From contig MU058844.1 in the NCBI GenBank assembly GCA_013265495.1, positions 5,496,344-5,560,343 on the forward strand: DNA of 64,000 nt, given 5' to 3'. This document shows, in pieces, positions 22,531 through 36,141 of this stretch. Positions within the stretch are counted from its first letter, which is position 1; each line of letters opens with the position of its first letter. Below the pieces are notes generated by a model. It had not been told where the DNA came from. It searched no databases and worked only from the letters and a program-made list of their open reading frames with translations. Both the position numbers and the translations under genes were made by a program. Source of the DNA: Vicugna vicugna (Eukaryota).

Positions 22531-25500
22531 AATTTTAGTGAACTCAAATTTGTCGATCTTTTCCTGCATAATGGTTTTGTTTCCTGATTATGACGGGTTT
22601 TTTCCCCCTCTGTACCACTGTAATGAAGATCTTTTTCTGTTATGGAAGATTTTTTCCCCTCTATTTAAAAAAAAAGTCTTTCACATACCATATAACTAGA
22701 ATTTCTTTTCAATATATGAGGATGTAGAGATCAAGATTTATTTTTTTCCCACGTGAATATACAATTAAATAAACTCCATTATTGAAGAGACCATCCTTTC
22801 CCCACTGCACCATACGAAAGCTTTTTCACAAATCTGGTGAATGTATAGGCCAGTTTCTGAACTCTCTTCAAGGCAGTTTACAATACAAACATGTATCAAA
22901 AAACAGTCCTGAAAGCCCTATGGAGAATTGTCTCTCACCCTAGACATCACTGTCTCATTCTTGATGTTACAGAAAAAGTATTCAGTAGTTCACCATTGTG
23001 ATGTTTGCTAAAAGCTTATTTTTTTTCCTAAATAGACTTTTATATTAAGAAAGTACCTTTTATTCTTAATCTGCTAAAGTATTCTTTAGAATTATTCTAA
23101 TAGGGATTTGAATTTTATCAAAAGATTTTTATTCATCTATCATAATTATATTGTTTGTCTCTTTTATCCTTTCAATTTGATGACTTGCTTTGGCTGATTT
23201 TTCAAATAAACTAAATTCACACAGCAGGAATAAGTCTAATTTGATTGTAACCTATCATTTTTACATTTTGCTGAATTCAATTTGCTAGTATTTGTTGAAG
23301 GTTTTTATATGTTTATATTCAGGCAAGATGCTGGCTTATAATTTTCATTTCCTGCAATGGCTGATCCAGTTTCGATAAATAGGTTATATTGGCATCATAG
23401 AATGAAATGAACAGTGCATCATATTTTCCTAATGTCTTGAAGAGTTTATATGACATTGATGGATATTTTTCTTCCTCAAATGTTTGGTAAGATTAACTGT
23501 AAAGCAATCTAGGCTTGGCATTTTCTTTGTGGAATTATTTGTGTTTATGGATTAATTTCTTTAAAGATCCATTCATATCTTCTCTATTTTCTTATGTATG
23601 TTTTATTATGTTTTGTTTTTTAAAGAGTTTTTTTTCCATTTCATATAAAATTTAAATTATCGAACTAATTTTTCATAATCTCTTATCTATTTAGGCTATA
23701 GGATATTTATGTATATGTTCTCTTTATTCCTAATTTTTATAATCTTTTCTCTCTTTCTCTCTCTCTTCCTCGCTCCTTCTCTCTCTTTGATTTATCTTAC
23801 TAGGAGTTTATTATAAATACATCTGATCTTATCTTCAACATTTTCTTTCTTCTACATTTAAAAATTTTAGTTTGCTATGCTTATTCTAATTTCTTGGAAT
23901 ACAGATACACAAACACATATATAAGGCTATAAAATTGCCCTAAGCTTTAGATGCACTCTGCAAGTTTTGATACATTGAAAAAAGGTAGAATGCTTTCTGC
24001 TTGATCTCCAGGATCAGTACCTTAAAAATTGGAAAACCCTGATGTGAGAAGAAAAAAAAAAATGTCCTACTACTTCTATATGTTTATCTTCCCCATATGA
24101 TCCTAGGACCTTTACATTTGGCAAAAGATGCTCTTTGGTGCATTCAAACAAGTCTATTTATTATCTTCTCTAGTTGCTCACAGGAGAGAATTACTTTAAT
24201 CTAAGCTACTGCATCCTAGTCAAAATCACAAATTCCAAATTTCTAGTTTCTGTGTGAAAATGGATTATTCTAGGAATAGAAAATGAGAATTATTAGGAGG
24301 CTATTGTGCTAATCAAAACAAAAATATGAAGGTAGCATTGACTGACTATTTGGGGCAGAATAGTGATAAATGGTTACTTTTGGTATATCTTTTAAAATAA
24401 GTCTGGCAGTATTTTCCAGAGTATTAAAAAAAGGGAAGACTGAGAATGGCTTCAAATATTTTTGACTTAAGAACAAGAGAGATTGTTTTTTCTTGCCTTG
24501 GCTCAGTCTGAATGAGACAGAGTCTCCTAAATAGAGGTAATATGGCTTGTAGCAGTTTGACTTTCTATGTTTCCTGTGTTGGGAAAAAAAATATGTGTGT
24601 ATATATAATCTACTTCTCATTAACATGATGATTAAGAATAGTGGGTCACTATCAGATTAAAATTTATGAAGAGGTATTTTGTAGAAAGAACATGTACTTT
24701 TACAGAAGAGCCATAATAACTTGAGTCATGTACATCCTGGAAGCTCTACAAAGTTAGCTGGTATTATGAGAATGGTCCCAGCATATTCTGGGAGTGTCCT
24801 GAAACTCTGCTATGACTTATAGCTCCTGGTGTCACTACCTAGAGATGAAGGTGTTCTGTAAGGCTGAGAACGGCATCAGAATCCATTCCTGGAAAAAAGG
24901 GATTTGATGAGGTCTCTGTACACTAGCACTAAATATTGCAAATAAATTTATCAATGAAAATAATAAAAGTAACCCTTTAGTGCTTTCAATATTATTATTT
25001 AATTACTATGGTGTAAAGCATCGATAAAGGCAATTTTTATATTCAGTTTCTCCTCTCGTGGTCAAAGCCACAGAACTGCTGCATTAATTTTGAAATGACA
25101 TGGTTCATAGTTAAATATTCCTAAGAGGCTAATTTATCAATGCTTACTCCTTTGGATTATTTCTTAGTGGCAAGTTGGCTTTGTTAATGACATAAATAAT
25201 GCAGGAAGGAATCAAGTAATTTTAAATCAATTATGAGGGAGTGCACATTTTGAATTCAAAATAATTGCAATTAACTAAATCCTCAGCAATTATAGCCATC
25301 TGGATGTTATCAAAGATATTTGAATTTTGGTAATATTTAATATTTAAAAAGTGAAGCAATTTGTGTTTAAATTTTCAGGGCCTTTAATTTGAAACTGTAA
25401 ATGCAGGAGATAAAGTTTGATAATTTTTTTCATTTTGAGAATAAATCCACTGATATCTACTCTCAAATTAGATCTGTTTGTTGGCGTTATTTTAAAAGCT

Positions 25501-26129
25501 TCATCAATATGATTTTATGAGAGACCCATATAGTAGCAGATATATTTTCTAGCATGAACTACAGTGCTTACAAAAATACTCAGAGTAATTACATGATTTA
25601 TAAAATATTTAAAAGCATTTAGTGATGAAAGGTTTTAAATGGCTAAATGATGACCTCAATTACACTGAGCTAATTAGCTAAAGAAGTGTTTGTCCATAAT
25701 CAGTGTTTACCTTTAAATGGAATTTCGTATATATACAAATGTTTATTGCATGATTTTCTATGCAATCAGGCTTGTTAACAATTTTTAAATCCAGAACTGC
25801 CATTTCTTGAAAACACATTTTTAATACATGAACAACAAAAACACATTTAACTTATTTTCATAGGCATTTTTAAAAATCCTGAAAGACTAGTATAAATTCA
25901 TTACTGTATAATTTTAGGTATTGACATTCATGCCTCTGTATCATGTACCTGGCTCTAAAAACATTGAGAAAGTGAATCTCAGTATTTTCCCCAGAGAGCT
26001 TTTTTTTTTTTCTTTCAGGTATAATGCCAGTAATCAATCTAATTTGTTTTCTTATACACATTCATGTATTGAACGGCTTCTACAACATAATTACTAGGCT
26101 AATCTTTCAGGCAGGTAGGATAAATAGCA

Positions 26130-26460
26130 TAAGAAATGGGCTTGAATATCTGAGAGATCAAGCCAATCAAACTGTGTTTTCTCATTCATGTGCTTGTTAG
26201 CAGAAGAGCATTCCGGCTGGCCCCTTCCCACTGTTGCCTTCACCACTCCATGGGTCTTATCATCAGATGCATCCAGCCAGAGGAGGCAACAACTGGGGAG
26301 CTTTTAAGAACCCAGTTTGGAAGCGGCTCACATAATTTCTCCTCACTTTCTAAAACTCAGTTACATAGCCACACGTAAATGCAAACAAGGTTGGAAACAC
26401 AGCCTATTTATTTGTGTGCCTAAGATAAAGAAGGAATCTGTTTGCAAAGAGTTAGTAAGC
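26130..26460 (-). mobile_element. MaLR LTR fragment (MLT1J/K-like)
   Basis: aactcagttacatagccacacgtaaatgcaaacaaggttggaaacacagcct. Confidence 0.6.
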
Positions 26461-26789
26461 TTTACCATCCTAGGTAAATACATTCAACCATATATTTTTA
26501 TATAGGAACTACTTTCTGCTATCAAGGAACTTGACAGTGGAAGGAGACAGGTTTATTAAGTGACTAGAGCAAAGTGAGGTAAGTGCGTAACTAGAAATAA
26601 GGTATACAGGAACTCCTTTAAAAATAACAAGGGAAAGAATGACTGCAATGGAAAAGGGCAGATGCAGTTTCACAGAGAAGTTGACAGTTCAGTTTTTTTT
26701 TTTTTTAAGGATTAATTTAAATTCTTCAGGTACACAGTGGGACAGAGAATCTGTAAAAATAATGTATAAAATTATGAAAGATAGGACAG

Positions 26790-26939
26790 GAAGAGGGTAT
26801 AGCTCAGTGAATAGAGCACAGGCTTAGCATGCACAAGGTCCTGGGTTCAATCCCCCGTCCCTCCATTAAATAAATCAACCCAATTACCACCCCCAAAATA
26901 AATAAAAATAATAACTTAAAAATTGTTCTGTGAAAAAAA
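26790..26939 (+). mobile_element. tRNA-derived SINE (Vic-1-like)
   Basis: gagggtatagctcagtg (A box)...gcttagcatgcacaaggtcctgggttcaatcccc (B box); TSD gaaagataggacag / gaaagatgggacag. Confidence 0.92.
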
Positions 26940-27105
26940 GAAAGATGGGACAGCTTAATAGTAACTAGTCAATTATACTGTAGTTCATTTTAAAATTTGG
27001 AAGTAACTTAAAAATACAGAAAAAACAAAGAAAAAGTAGTACAGATACCCATACATGCACAAACCAGAATGAACAAATACTGACATTTCTCACATTTGCT
27101 TCAGA

Positions 27106-27665
27106 TGTGGTAGATTGAACTATTGACTTGTACTGTATCATTGACTTCTAGTATCCTATTGCTGACTTTTAACTTTACCTTGTTCCAATGTAGTTCTTCC
27201 CACAGAGGCAATGTATGACCACTTCCTTCTACCCCCACATACCTTTTGACTTTAGACTGGGCCATGTGAATTGCTTTGACAAAAGGGATGCTATAGAATG
27301 ATGCTAGGAGGGGACTTGAAACGTACTTGTGTAGGTGGAACTGTCCTCTTGTGCCTGTGTCATCCCCAAGAGAAGAATTTCCTCTGGGTATCTGCTCCTG
27401 CTGTTTCTTCAGTCTGGGACTCAGATTAAATACACTTAAGGTAGAAGTGAACCAGGCCAATGGGCAACTTAAAGAAGAACTGTCTAGCTGAGCCCAACCT
27501 AGATCCACAAAACACCAGCCAATCTTCAAACACTTGCGTAAGCTCAGCGCAGCTACGGACATGACAGCCATACAGAGTGCCATGGATATGAGTAATAAAT
27601 TCTTTTTTTTATTTACCACTGAGATGTTCTAGTTGTTTGTTATATATAATACCTTAGATATACAC
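27106..27665 (+). mobile_element. MaLR solo LTR (MLT1H/I-like)
   Basis: tgtggtagattg start; ctgggccatgtgaattgctttgacaaa; agctgagcccaacctagatc; ccactgagatgttctagttgtttgtta. Confidence 0.8.
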
Positions 27666-27749
27666 TGCCTATATATTTATATACATACACACACACACAC
27701 ACACATACAAACAAATATTATAGACAACAACTCTCTTTTGTTCTTCCTT

Positions 27750-28560
27750 CAGGCCCCATTTCTTTTTTCTTTTTCCCCAGAAAAAAATGGTATGCAGATA
27801 ATGGAACCTTCATTTATATTTTCTCATATTTTATTACATTCAATTTAAGTGTGTGGCATACTTCCAGCTTTTCCTCTTAAGAGAATATCTCTATGGTCTG
27901 TACTGTTGATGTGTAATAATTATACAGGTTTTTTAAAACATTCTAATGTTTAGATGGAGCTTTTCTCAAGAGTAACTAGTGCATATTCTTAGAAGTAGAA
28001 TCACTAGATCATTAGATGTACACATATTCAATTTTAGTAGAAATAGCTTGTATTTTCAAATTCATCATCCCCAGCTCTTGTTAATATTAAACATTTCAGC
28101 TTTTGTCATCAGATGGTTATGCAATCATTACCTCATTACTGTTTCCAGTTAAATTTTCCTGATTATCATAAAGTTGACCATTGTTTATACTTTTGAGGAA
28201 TTCAGTATTTTCCTTCCATGAACTGCCTGTTTTTATTGCTTTCCATATCTAAGCTTCAGTTCTCCTTTTGTTAGTCCCATGTCAAAATAGTTTTTTCTGA
28301 CACTAAAACTTTATTGTAAATATTTTTTCCTTATCTTTACTTTGTTTTAATTTTCTGTGATAGTTTTTCTTCCTATAGAGAATTTTAACTTTAAAGCACT
28401 CATTTGTTTTTGCTATTGTCCTTTCTGATTTGTGCTGTTTGTATGTTCTTTGTAACATATTTTCTATCTTGAGATGCCAGAAGTTTCTAAAATATTTTTC
28501 TCTAATATCCTAATTTTTAAAATGATCAGTCTTCTGAAATTATTTTAATTTAATGCATGT
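27750..28560 (-). mobile_element. Old L1ME-like fragment
   Basis: cttagaagtagaatcactagatca...cattacctcattactgtt...ttttcctgattatc...tgaactgcctgtt; the 3' piece at ~26980-27100 is separated by the MLT1 LTR. Confidence 0.6.
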
Positions 28561-28789
28561 GTAATGTATTTAGTTTAATAAAACTAGGGATTGTATGTAT
28601 GTTAGAGAGAGGAAGAAAAAGGGCTGAGAACAGAAATGAACCAAAACCAGAAAAGAGTCTTATTTTCCATACTAAGTATTTGGATCTTATTTTGTAGATA
28701 TCAGTGCCTCCAAACATGTCGGTGAAAACCTGGAAAGTGGTGTCAGGTTAGGCAAAATTTTTGTTTCTTTGTTTTAATAACATGACACA

Positions 28790-29135
28790 AACAGTACCAA
28801 TTATTAAAGAAATAATGAATAACTACACTTCATTAAAATTATAGCTTTTGATCTTCAGAAGACACAATGAACAATGACAAAAACGTTAGCCTTTTGAAAT
28901 AAAATATTTGCAGAATACACCTGACAAGAGACAAGAGACAAGAGACAAGAGACAAGAGTGTCAGGGGAAGGCAGTGACTGCAAAGAGGCACAACAGAACA
29001 TTTTTAGTTCAATTAAGTGTTTCATATCTTGATTGTAGTAGTAGTTACGTGGTTGTATAAAATTACCAGAATGTGCCAATTTTGTATTTACAATGGGTAA
29101 ATTTTATTCTATGTCAAACACAACTCAGCAAAGCA
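28790..29135 (+). mobile_element. Old L1 fragments with (GACAAGA)n repeat at ~28923-28957
   Basis: cttcattaaaatt...cttcagaagacac; atatcttgattgtagtagtagttac...ggtaaattttattctatgtcaaacacaactcagcaaag. Confidence 0.65.
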
Positions 29136-29864
29136 GTATGAAAACAAACAGTTGTCTGTAGTCTAAACAATTTTTGTTCCATACGTACAGATGCTGCTAA
29201 TTTTAAAATATATGTATTTATATGATTTGTACTAAAATACAGAGTATCTTAAAATATTACTAATTTAAAAATATTAAAAACTTTAATGAAGGTATTTGAT
29301 AGTTTTATTCATTTAAAACATTTTAGAGAGTATCATTTTGAAGTATTACTAATTTTATTCTACTCTAAACAGCAGCAAGTATAGCTACATTAATGTGGTG
29401 TGATGGACCTTGATATTTCTTAATATTCAAAAGGGCTCTCATATTTGCAAAAAATGTGGAAGCAGTGTTATTGTTGAGAATAATATCAAATGAGAGGCTA
29501 CATGGTTCCTCGGGGATTTTAGAATGATGATTCTGATTAGGAGAAAAACCAAAGGACTGGAGACTATCGAAACTCTCCAAGCCATGTCATTAGAAATGAG
29601 ATGTTTAAAAAGTCAGGATGAATAAAATTTGCTTACCTATTAGATATTTCGAGAGAAAAAAATCTAGAAATTTGTAGGAGTCTAGTTTGGATGAATTGCT
29701 AAATATGTTTAAATATTGCATTTATATTATATTAAAGTTACCACTAATTTCAAATAATTTATTCTATCTTTCTTAATCTGTAGCCTATTAATTATGAATT
29801 CACAGATCAGGCATTATAATTGTTTCAATTCTGAGTTCATTCCTAATGGATTTCTCTAGTTTAC

Positions 29865-30188
29865 AAATATATATATATATATACACATTCCTCTTCATGT
29901 ACTTTTTCATTATAGGTTATTACAAGATATTGCATATAGTTCCCTATGCTACACAGTAGGACCTTGTTTTTTATCTATTTTATATAGAGTAGTTAGTATC
30001 TGCAAATCCTAAACCCCCAATTTATCCCTCCGTACTCCCTTTCCCCTGATAACCATAAATTTGTTTTCTATGTCTGTGAGTCTATTTATGTTTTGTGAAT
30101 AAGTTCATTTATGTCATTTTTTTAGATTCCATATACGAGATTATCATGCTAAGTGAAGTAAGCCAGAAAGAGAAAGAAATACCATATG
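29865..30188 (-). mobile_element. Camelid-type L1 3' fragment with short 5' inversion
   Basis: Antisense L1 3'UTR to ~30135-30148, then sense ctaagtgaagtaagccagaaagagaaagaaataccatatg. Confidence 0.85.
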
Positions 30189-30398
30189 TCTAAAATAATT
30201 TTAATATTCAAAATATATTTGTTTCTATTTTTCTATAAATAAAGCTGGTGATTTTAAACAGTATTAGTCTTAGTGCTTATATATACAGACTGATCTATGT
30301 CTATATACCTGTCTATCTAGTAAAATTAGAGAAGTTTGATTTAGCTAAGGTAAATCTCAAAGGGAATTGCTCAGCAAAGGATAATAAAATAATGCAGA

Positions 30399-30928
30399 GC
30401 AGCCCAAGTGTTCATCCACAGATGAGTGGATAAAGAAGATGTGATATATATATATATAGCCATAAAATAATGAAATAATACCCTTTGCAGCAACATGGAT
30501 GGGCCTAGAGATTGTCATACAAAGTAAAGTAAGTCAGATAGAGAAAGGCAAATACCATATATGTGGAATCTAAAAAAAAGGTACAAATGAACTTATTCAT
30601 AAAACAAAAACAAACTCACAGACATAGAAAACAGACTTATGGTTACCAAAAGGGAAAAGAGGTAGGAGGGATAAATTAGGAATTTTGGATTAGCAGATAT
30701 ACACTATTATTTATAAACTAGATAAACAACAAGGTCCTACTGTATAGCACAGAGAATTATATTCAGTATTTTGTAATAATCTATAATGGAGGGGAATCTG
30801 AAAAAGAATATATATATATATTAATATATATATGTATCTGAATCACTTTGCTGTACACCAGAAACTAACACAACATTGTAAATCAACTAAACTTCAATAT
30901 AAATAAATAAATAAGCAAATAAACAAAT
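30399..30928 (+). mobile_element. Cetartiodactyl L1 3' end
   Basis: cagatgagtggataaagaagatgtg...tttgcagcaacatggatgggcctagag...cacaacattgtaaatcaact; (AAAT)n tail; TSD ataaaataatgcag / ataaagtaatacag. Confidence 0.92.
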
Positions 30929-32255
30929 ATAAAGTAATACAGGAAGCTTGATTTTCAGTATTGTTTTGTTTGTAATTGTATTTGTAATTTCAACTGCCAT
31001 AAAAACCAAATTACTTAAAAAATGACAAAACATGTAAATTTATTGAAACTTACCCTCTGGTAGTTTGAAACTAGAAAAATCTGCAGACACTTCTCAAGGC
31101 ACATATTAATATAATTAGCTCTAGGAAAATACAGAACCTCTAGAAGAATATAATTATGGACATCAAAATTCAGAAATAATTGTTTTGTAAATTTGGTAAG
31201 CTCATGACAGGAAAAGTGAATAACCATTCCAAAATTAAAGAGTAAGAAGTAAAAACCACCTCCTGAGAGCTGCAATGTAGAAGCAACGTAGAAGATTGAA
31301 TCTGGTATGCTAAGTCACCTTTTGGGGGAAAATAATTTCCGAGGCTGAGTAAGACATAACAGGATCTATCAAGGGAAGAATAGATGTATAAGAGTGGAGA
31401 GTTGGGGGAAAAAATAGAAGAATTACGTGTTAGTATCTAATAAAATATTACTTAGGAGCAAGAGTTCTCTGGTCTCTGTGATAACAAATCCATCTCACAG
31501 AGAAGAATGATTCCTTAAACACTGGAGCCAACCAGCTGATACCAATTACTTTTCAAGAAATCATCATCTGATCATCCTATAGGGAGAAAAATACCTGGCT
31601 GTGAAATATAAGAATTCCCATCCTTCTGTCATAGTTCTTATTATAAACTAAAACATGATTTGCAACTTCAGTTTATACAGAAGACTCTTGTGAGCATTTG
31701 ATTGATATCAGTCCTCCCTCTGAGAGATGTACCTATTTTAAACATTAAGACAAAACTGGTCTGCTGAGGCTACACATTTGAAGACTGATTAATGCAGCAC
31801 ATCTATGTCTCTTGGCCAGGACTCCTAGTGTTTACTCACTGGGATCAATGAACAATGTACTAACTTTGACTGACTAACTTTTAAATTTATGAAATAAATA
31901 TTAGGTGTCATAGTCTTAGTTTTGGGATACTTTATCAGATTCCCCACATTAAGCAATGTTATAGGATAAAAATAAGGGATTTACTCTAAGTAGTGTTAAT
32001 TTTTTTCATAAGATAGGCATTTTAACATTTAATTATTGACAATGTATCTGTGAGTTTTTCTTACTCCAATTATAAAGCAGCAAACTGAGGTACTTGCTTC
32101 CTTTCTGACTCTCATTCTTACATCCAGAACAGGTCTTCTGACTTTGAAGGATGTCCTTCTTCTGTCTCGAGTTTCCTTGTTGTGGATTTTTATCTTGATG
32201 TCCACAGACTTATGCTGCCTTGCCTCTAGTAGTGCTTTAGACCTACACTCTTAAT

Positions 32256-32305
32256 TTTTTTTTTTACATTTTTTATTGAGTTACAGTCATTTTACAATGT
32301 TGTGA
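32256..32305 (-). mobile_element. Extremely truncated L1 3' end
   Basis: T tail + ttttattgagttacagtcattttacaatgttgtg; flanks tacactcttaatttt / tatactcttttaatttt. Confidence 0.75.
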
Positions 32306-33419
32306 TATACTCTTTTAATTTTGATCTCTGTAAAAGGTCGAATAAATAAAAGGTCAAATATAATGGTGACAATAAGAATTAATGATCTACATTAGCAAAT
32401 AAATGTGTTTTAAATTCATACTCAGTTTTTTCTTTAAAATGAAAACTAGTAGTTGACTATGCATTTTTTCCATTACAAATTAATACTTATTTAAGTGCCT
32501 TTAATCTATTAAAAACGTATCAAAATTCTGATATGACTGTGAATACCGCAGGTCTCATTGTTAACATATGGACGTATTCCAGTGAATTTTATTTACCAGT
32601 GAAAATAGGAATCAATATTCTCAATTCCAGGCACAATCCTACAAGGTTTAATAATTAGTCTGTTATTTAATAGTTGAAGAAATAATATTTTAAGAAAATC
32701 CCAAGAAATGGGTCTTCAATGATTATGATAATTATTTCCTTTTTTTGCTTCAAATATTATACTGCAAACCACTTGATACTTACAGGCATGTAAAGAATCC
32801 TATTAAATGCTAAAATTCCAGTGGGTAGCACAGTGGTTGCAAAGTCCAGGCCCTTACTGTAAGCATTTTCTGAATGAATGAATGAATGAATGAATAAATG
32901 AAGGATTTACAGCCTAAGCACAGACTGAGAGTGGCGTGACAGATTTAAATTGGATCATTTGTTGTTTAATGTATTTTAGACAATCTTGTTTCTATCCTTG
33001 CTTTTCCTGGGGAAAAGATAAGGAGAAATTTGCTCAGATACAATAAGTAGGAGGAAGAGGACTTTGGGAGAGAATGAGATTCTCAAGAATCCAGGGCTCT
33101 GTGTTGTGGCAACATTGGCAATGTCACTCAAACTAGTTAGTGTAGTGGTGGAGGGTATTTTGGAAGGATAGGATCAGATGGGATGCTTTTATGGAGTAAT
33201 AACTGAAGTTAATTGAACAACATGAGTGAGAAAAATATTCCAGGCAAAAGAACAGTATGAGAAAAAAAATCTCTTGAAAGAAGAAAATAAGGGTAGGAAA
33301 ACAGAAGGTAAGTGAGTGTGGCTACCGTTTTGTAAGTAATCCCTCTGTCTCATCAATTCCATATGAAGTGTCCTCTCAAAAACTTCTAATAATTATATTT
33401 TATTCCATCTTTTGGTTTT

Positions 33420-34110
33420 TATTCATTCATTCAATATTTATTGAGCATCTATCTAAAAACTGTACAAATTACTGGGTAGCACAATGGCAGTTAAGACAAA
33501 AGTTCACCGTATTATATGGGAAACAAAAGCAAAGACCTTAAAATGACAAAGTTTACTTTTGAAGTGTAAAGGAAGTGCTGTGGGAATATGAGCAAGTGAG
33601 TTGCTAATTGTTCTTGAATAAAGAGAGAGTTTAGGAAAGGTTTTTCAGAAGAAAGAGTTTTAGCCAAATCTTGAAAGAAGGATTGGTGTAACAGGCAGAT
33701 AAGAAAGTAGAGTGGAAAGGCGTTTTAAGTATTGCAAACAACCTTATTAAAGACCACTGATAAGGTGTTTATGAAACCATAGTAGGTGGTTTGTTTATAA
33801 GCACAGAGTGCATCACAGTGAGAAGTGACCTGTGAAGAGCAGATCAGATCACAAACAGATACTGTATTTTATTCTGTGTGCAGGGAAAGGTTATTTAGAA
33901 TTTTAAGCACAGAAATGAATTGATTAGATTTACAGTCCGTAAAGATCATGCACAATAGCGTAGAGAATGGCCAGAAAGGTATGGATGAGCAAGACAAAAA
34001 GGAAACCGAGCAGGAGACTTACAGTCTCTGCTAAAGATTGAAGTCCCTAAAATGAAGCTCCATATGAAAATGGAAGAGTGGATTGATTCAGAAAATAATG
34101 GATAGAATCA
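33420..34110 (-). mobile_element. L2 LINE 3' fragment
   Basis: attcattcattcaatatttattgagcatcta; ttaggaaaggtttttcagaagaa; ttttaagcacagaaatgaattgattagattt. Confidence 0.8.
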
Positions 34111-34765
34111 CTCTCTAAACTGAAAATGAGTCCCTGTTGTCTCATGAATAAAGTATACTGTCCTTACCTTCACACTCAAAACCCTTAATTTTCTTCTCTC
34201 AACAAATCATTCTAGCAAAACTATACTTCTAACAATACTTTGACTCCATAAAACCTATTGATTTTACCCTGAAGAATCTTGACTTTTTAAAATTTAGAAT
34301 ATGGACACCATATAGGCATCAAATGACACTTTTAATAATAAGTATTTTTAGCATAAAATCTTTTTTATTAAGTTGTAGCCTCTGTTAGGGAGGAATCATT
34401 TAAATTTTTTGTTCTCACTCAAAGCAAACAGAATGCCTTAAACTTGTATGTATCAATATATGTGTGAATGAATACGTGAATGAAATACATGAATGAAATA
34501 TTACCATTTGACCCAGTTTTTCTCCTAAAATTCACAAACGAGTAGATTAGCAAAATCAACAGAAACATCACAAATGTATGTGCTTTGATAAATAAATATA
34601 AGCTAAAATTGTGGGAAATTCTGTGGGATAACCAAAACATGGACTTCATATGTGACTGTAATTTTACTGGACCTCTTCATTAGTCTCTGAAATCTTTTGC
34701 AACTAAATCAGTGAAAAGCTGTAGGCTTTAAGAATATGAGAAAATGAGTTTTGAAAATCTGATCC

Positions 34766-35524
34766 TGGAACCCACCTACACTGTTGATGAGCATAAAGTT
34801 TGGTGCAACCATTATGGAAAACAGTGTGGAGATTCCTCAGAAAAGTAAAAATAGACTTACCATATGACCAGCAATCCCACTCCTGGGCATATATTCAGAG
34901 GGAACTCTAATTTGAAAAGATGCATGCACCCAAATGTTCATAGCAGCACTATTTATAATAGCCAAGACATAGCAACAACCTAAATGTCCATCGACAGATG
35001 ACTGGATAAAGAAGCCATGATATATTTATACAATGGAATACTACTAAGCCAAAAAAAAGAATGAAATAATGCTATTTATGACAACATGGATGGACCCGGA
35101 GACCATCATTCTTAGTGAAGTAAGCCAGAAAGAGAAAAAAAAATACCATATATCACTCATATGTGGAATCTGAAAAAAAAAAAAAGACACAAATGAACTT
35201 ACTTATAAAACAGAAACAGACTTGCAGAAATAGAAAACTATCTTATGATTACCAGGGGAGAGATGGGGTGGAAAGGGATAAAATGAGAGTTTGAGATTTG
35301 CAGATACTAACTACTATGCATAAAATAGATGAACAACAAGTTTCTTCTGTATAGCACAGGGAGCTATATTCAATATCTTGTAGTAACCTACAATGAAAAA
35401 GAATCTGAAAATAAATGTATGTATGTATATGTATGGCTGAAACATTATGCAGAATACACAATAAATTGGCACAGCATTGTAAACTGACTATACTTCAATA
35501 AAAATTAATTTACAATTTTTTAAA
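34766..35524 (+). mobile_element. Camelid-type L1, 5'-truncated (degenerate ORF2 C-terminus + 3'UTR)
   Basis: Encodes [23 protein letters not shown] with stops and a frameshift nearby; TSD aaaatctgatcc (34754-34765) / aaaacctgatcc (35525-35536). Confidence 0.95.
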
Positions 35525-36059
35525 AAAACCTGATCCCTTCTAATAAGGAAATAACTGAAAATCCTATATATGCAAACAATGCATTTCTTCCTGAATATTT
35601 TCTTGAGACTAAATAACTTGAGGATTTTTTTGAACACAGATATAAATTAAAAAGGTAGAAAATGGAAATTACGATTATCATACTGATGTAACCTCTAATC
35701 CTTTGACTATTTCATCATTCTTTATGAGATTATGCTTATCCCAAGAGTTTATTCATAATTTTAAAAAGATGCATCCACTTTGTCAAGTTGATTATTATAG
35801 ATTGTATTATAACTCTATCTGCTGAGAATTAAATGCTGCATTTGTAGCAGCATTTGGTTTCTCTTTTCAAAGGGTTCTTACTCAAATATGATAATATCTG
35901 TAAATTTTATCATTTAAGCATATTTGCAGACTGCTATTTTCATAAAGGTGATTAATATTTTATATAAAATCAGAATAGTTTTGCTCTAATGCTTATAAGT
36001 AGAAGTAGAAATATCCTTATTGAATCTGGTAATGCCCTAGCAAAACTTTTGGAGTGAAA

Positions 36060-36103
36060 ATACAACTTTACATTGATTTGTTTCCTAAAAAGAAGACTTG
36101 TTT

Positions 36104-36141
<38 letters not shown>

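Larger units (their letters stand above)
21310..23980 (-). mobile_element. Old L1 (L1ME/MC-class) with nested SINE and younger L1
   Basis: aataatgctgctatgcatattcttg, ggttatatacccagatatggaattcctgggtta, attgaagagaccatcctttccccactg, tttgctgaattcaatttgctagtatttgttgaagg. Confidence 0.85.

Noticed and set aside
26790..26870. tRNA-like A and B boxes (also at 21.5 and 57.95 kb)
   Set aside because: A-rich tails, TSDs and divergence mark them as SINEs, not tRNA genes.
27101..27619. Longest ORF in the track (172 aa, - strand)
   Set aside because: Lies entirely antisense within an MLT1 solo LTR, has a non-ATG start and no recognisable domain.
28923..28957. (GACAAGA)n and other short tandem arrays as possible CRISPR-like structure
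   Set aside because: Simple microsatellites without unique spacers, in eukaryotic DNA.
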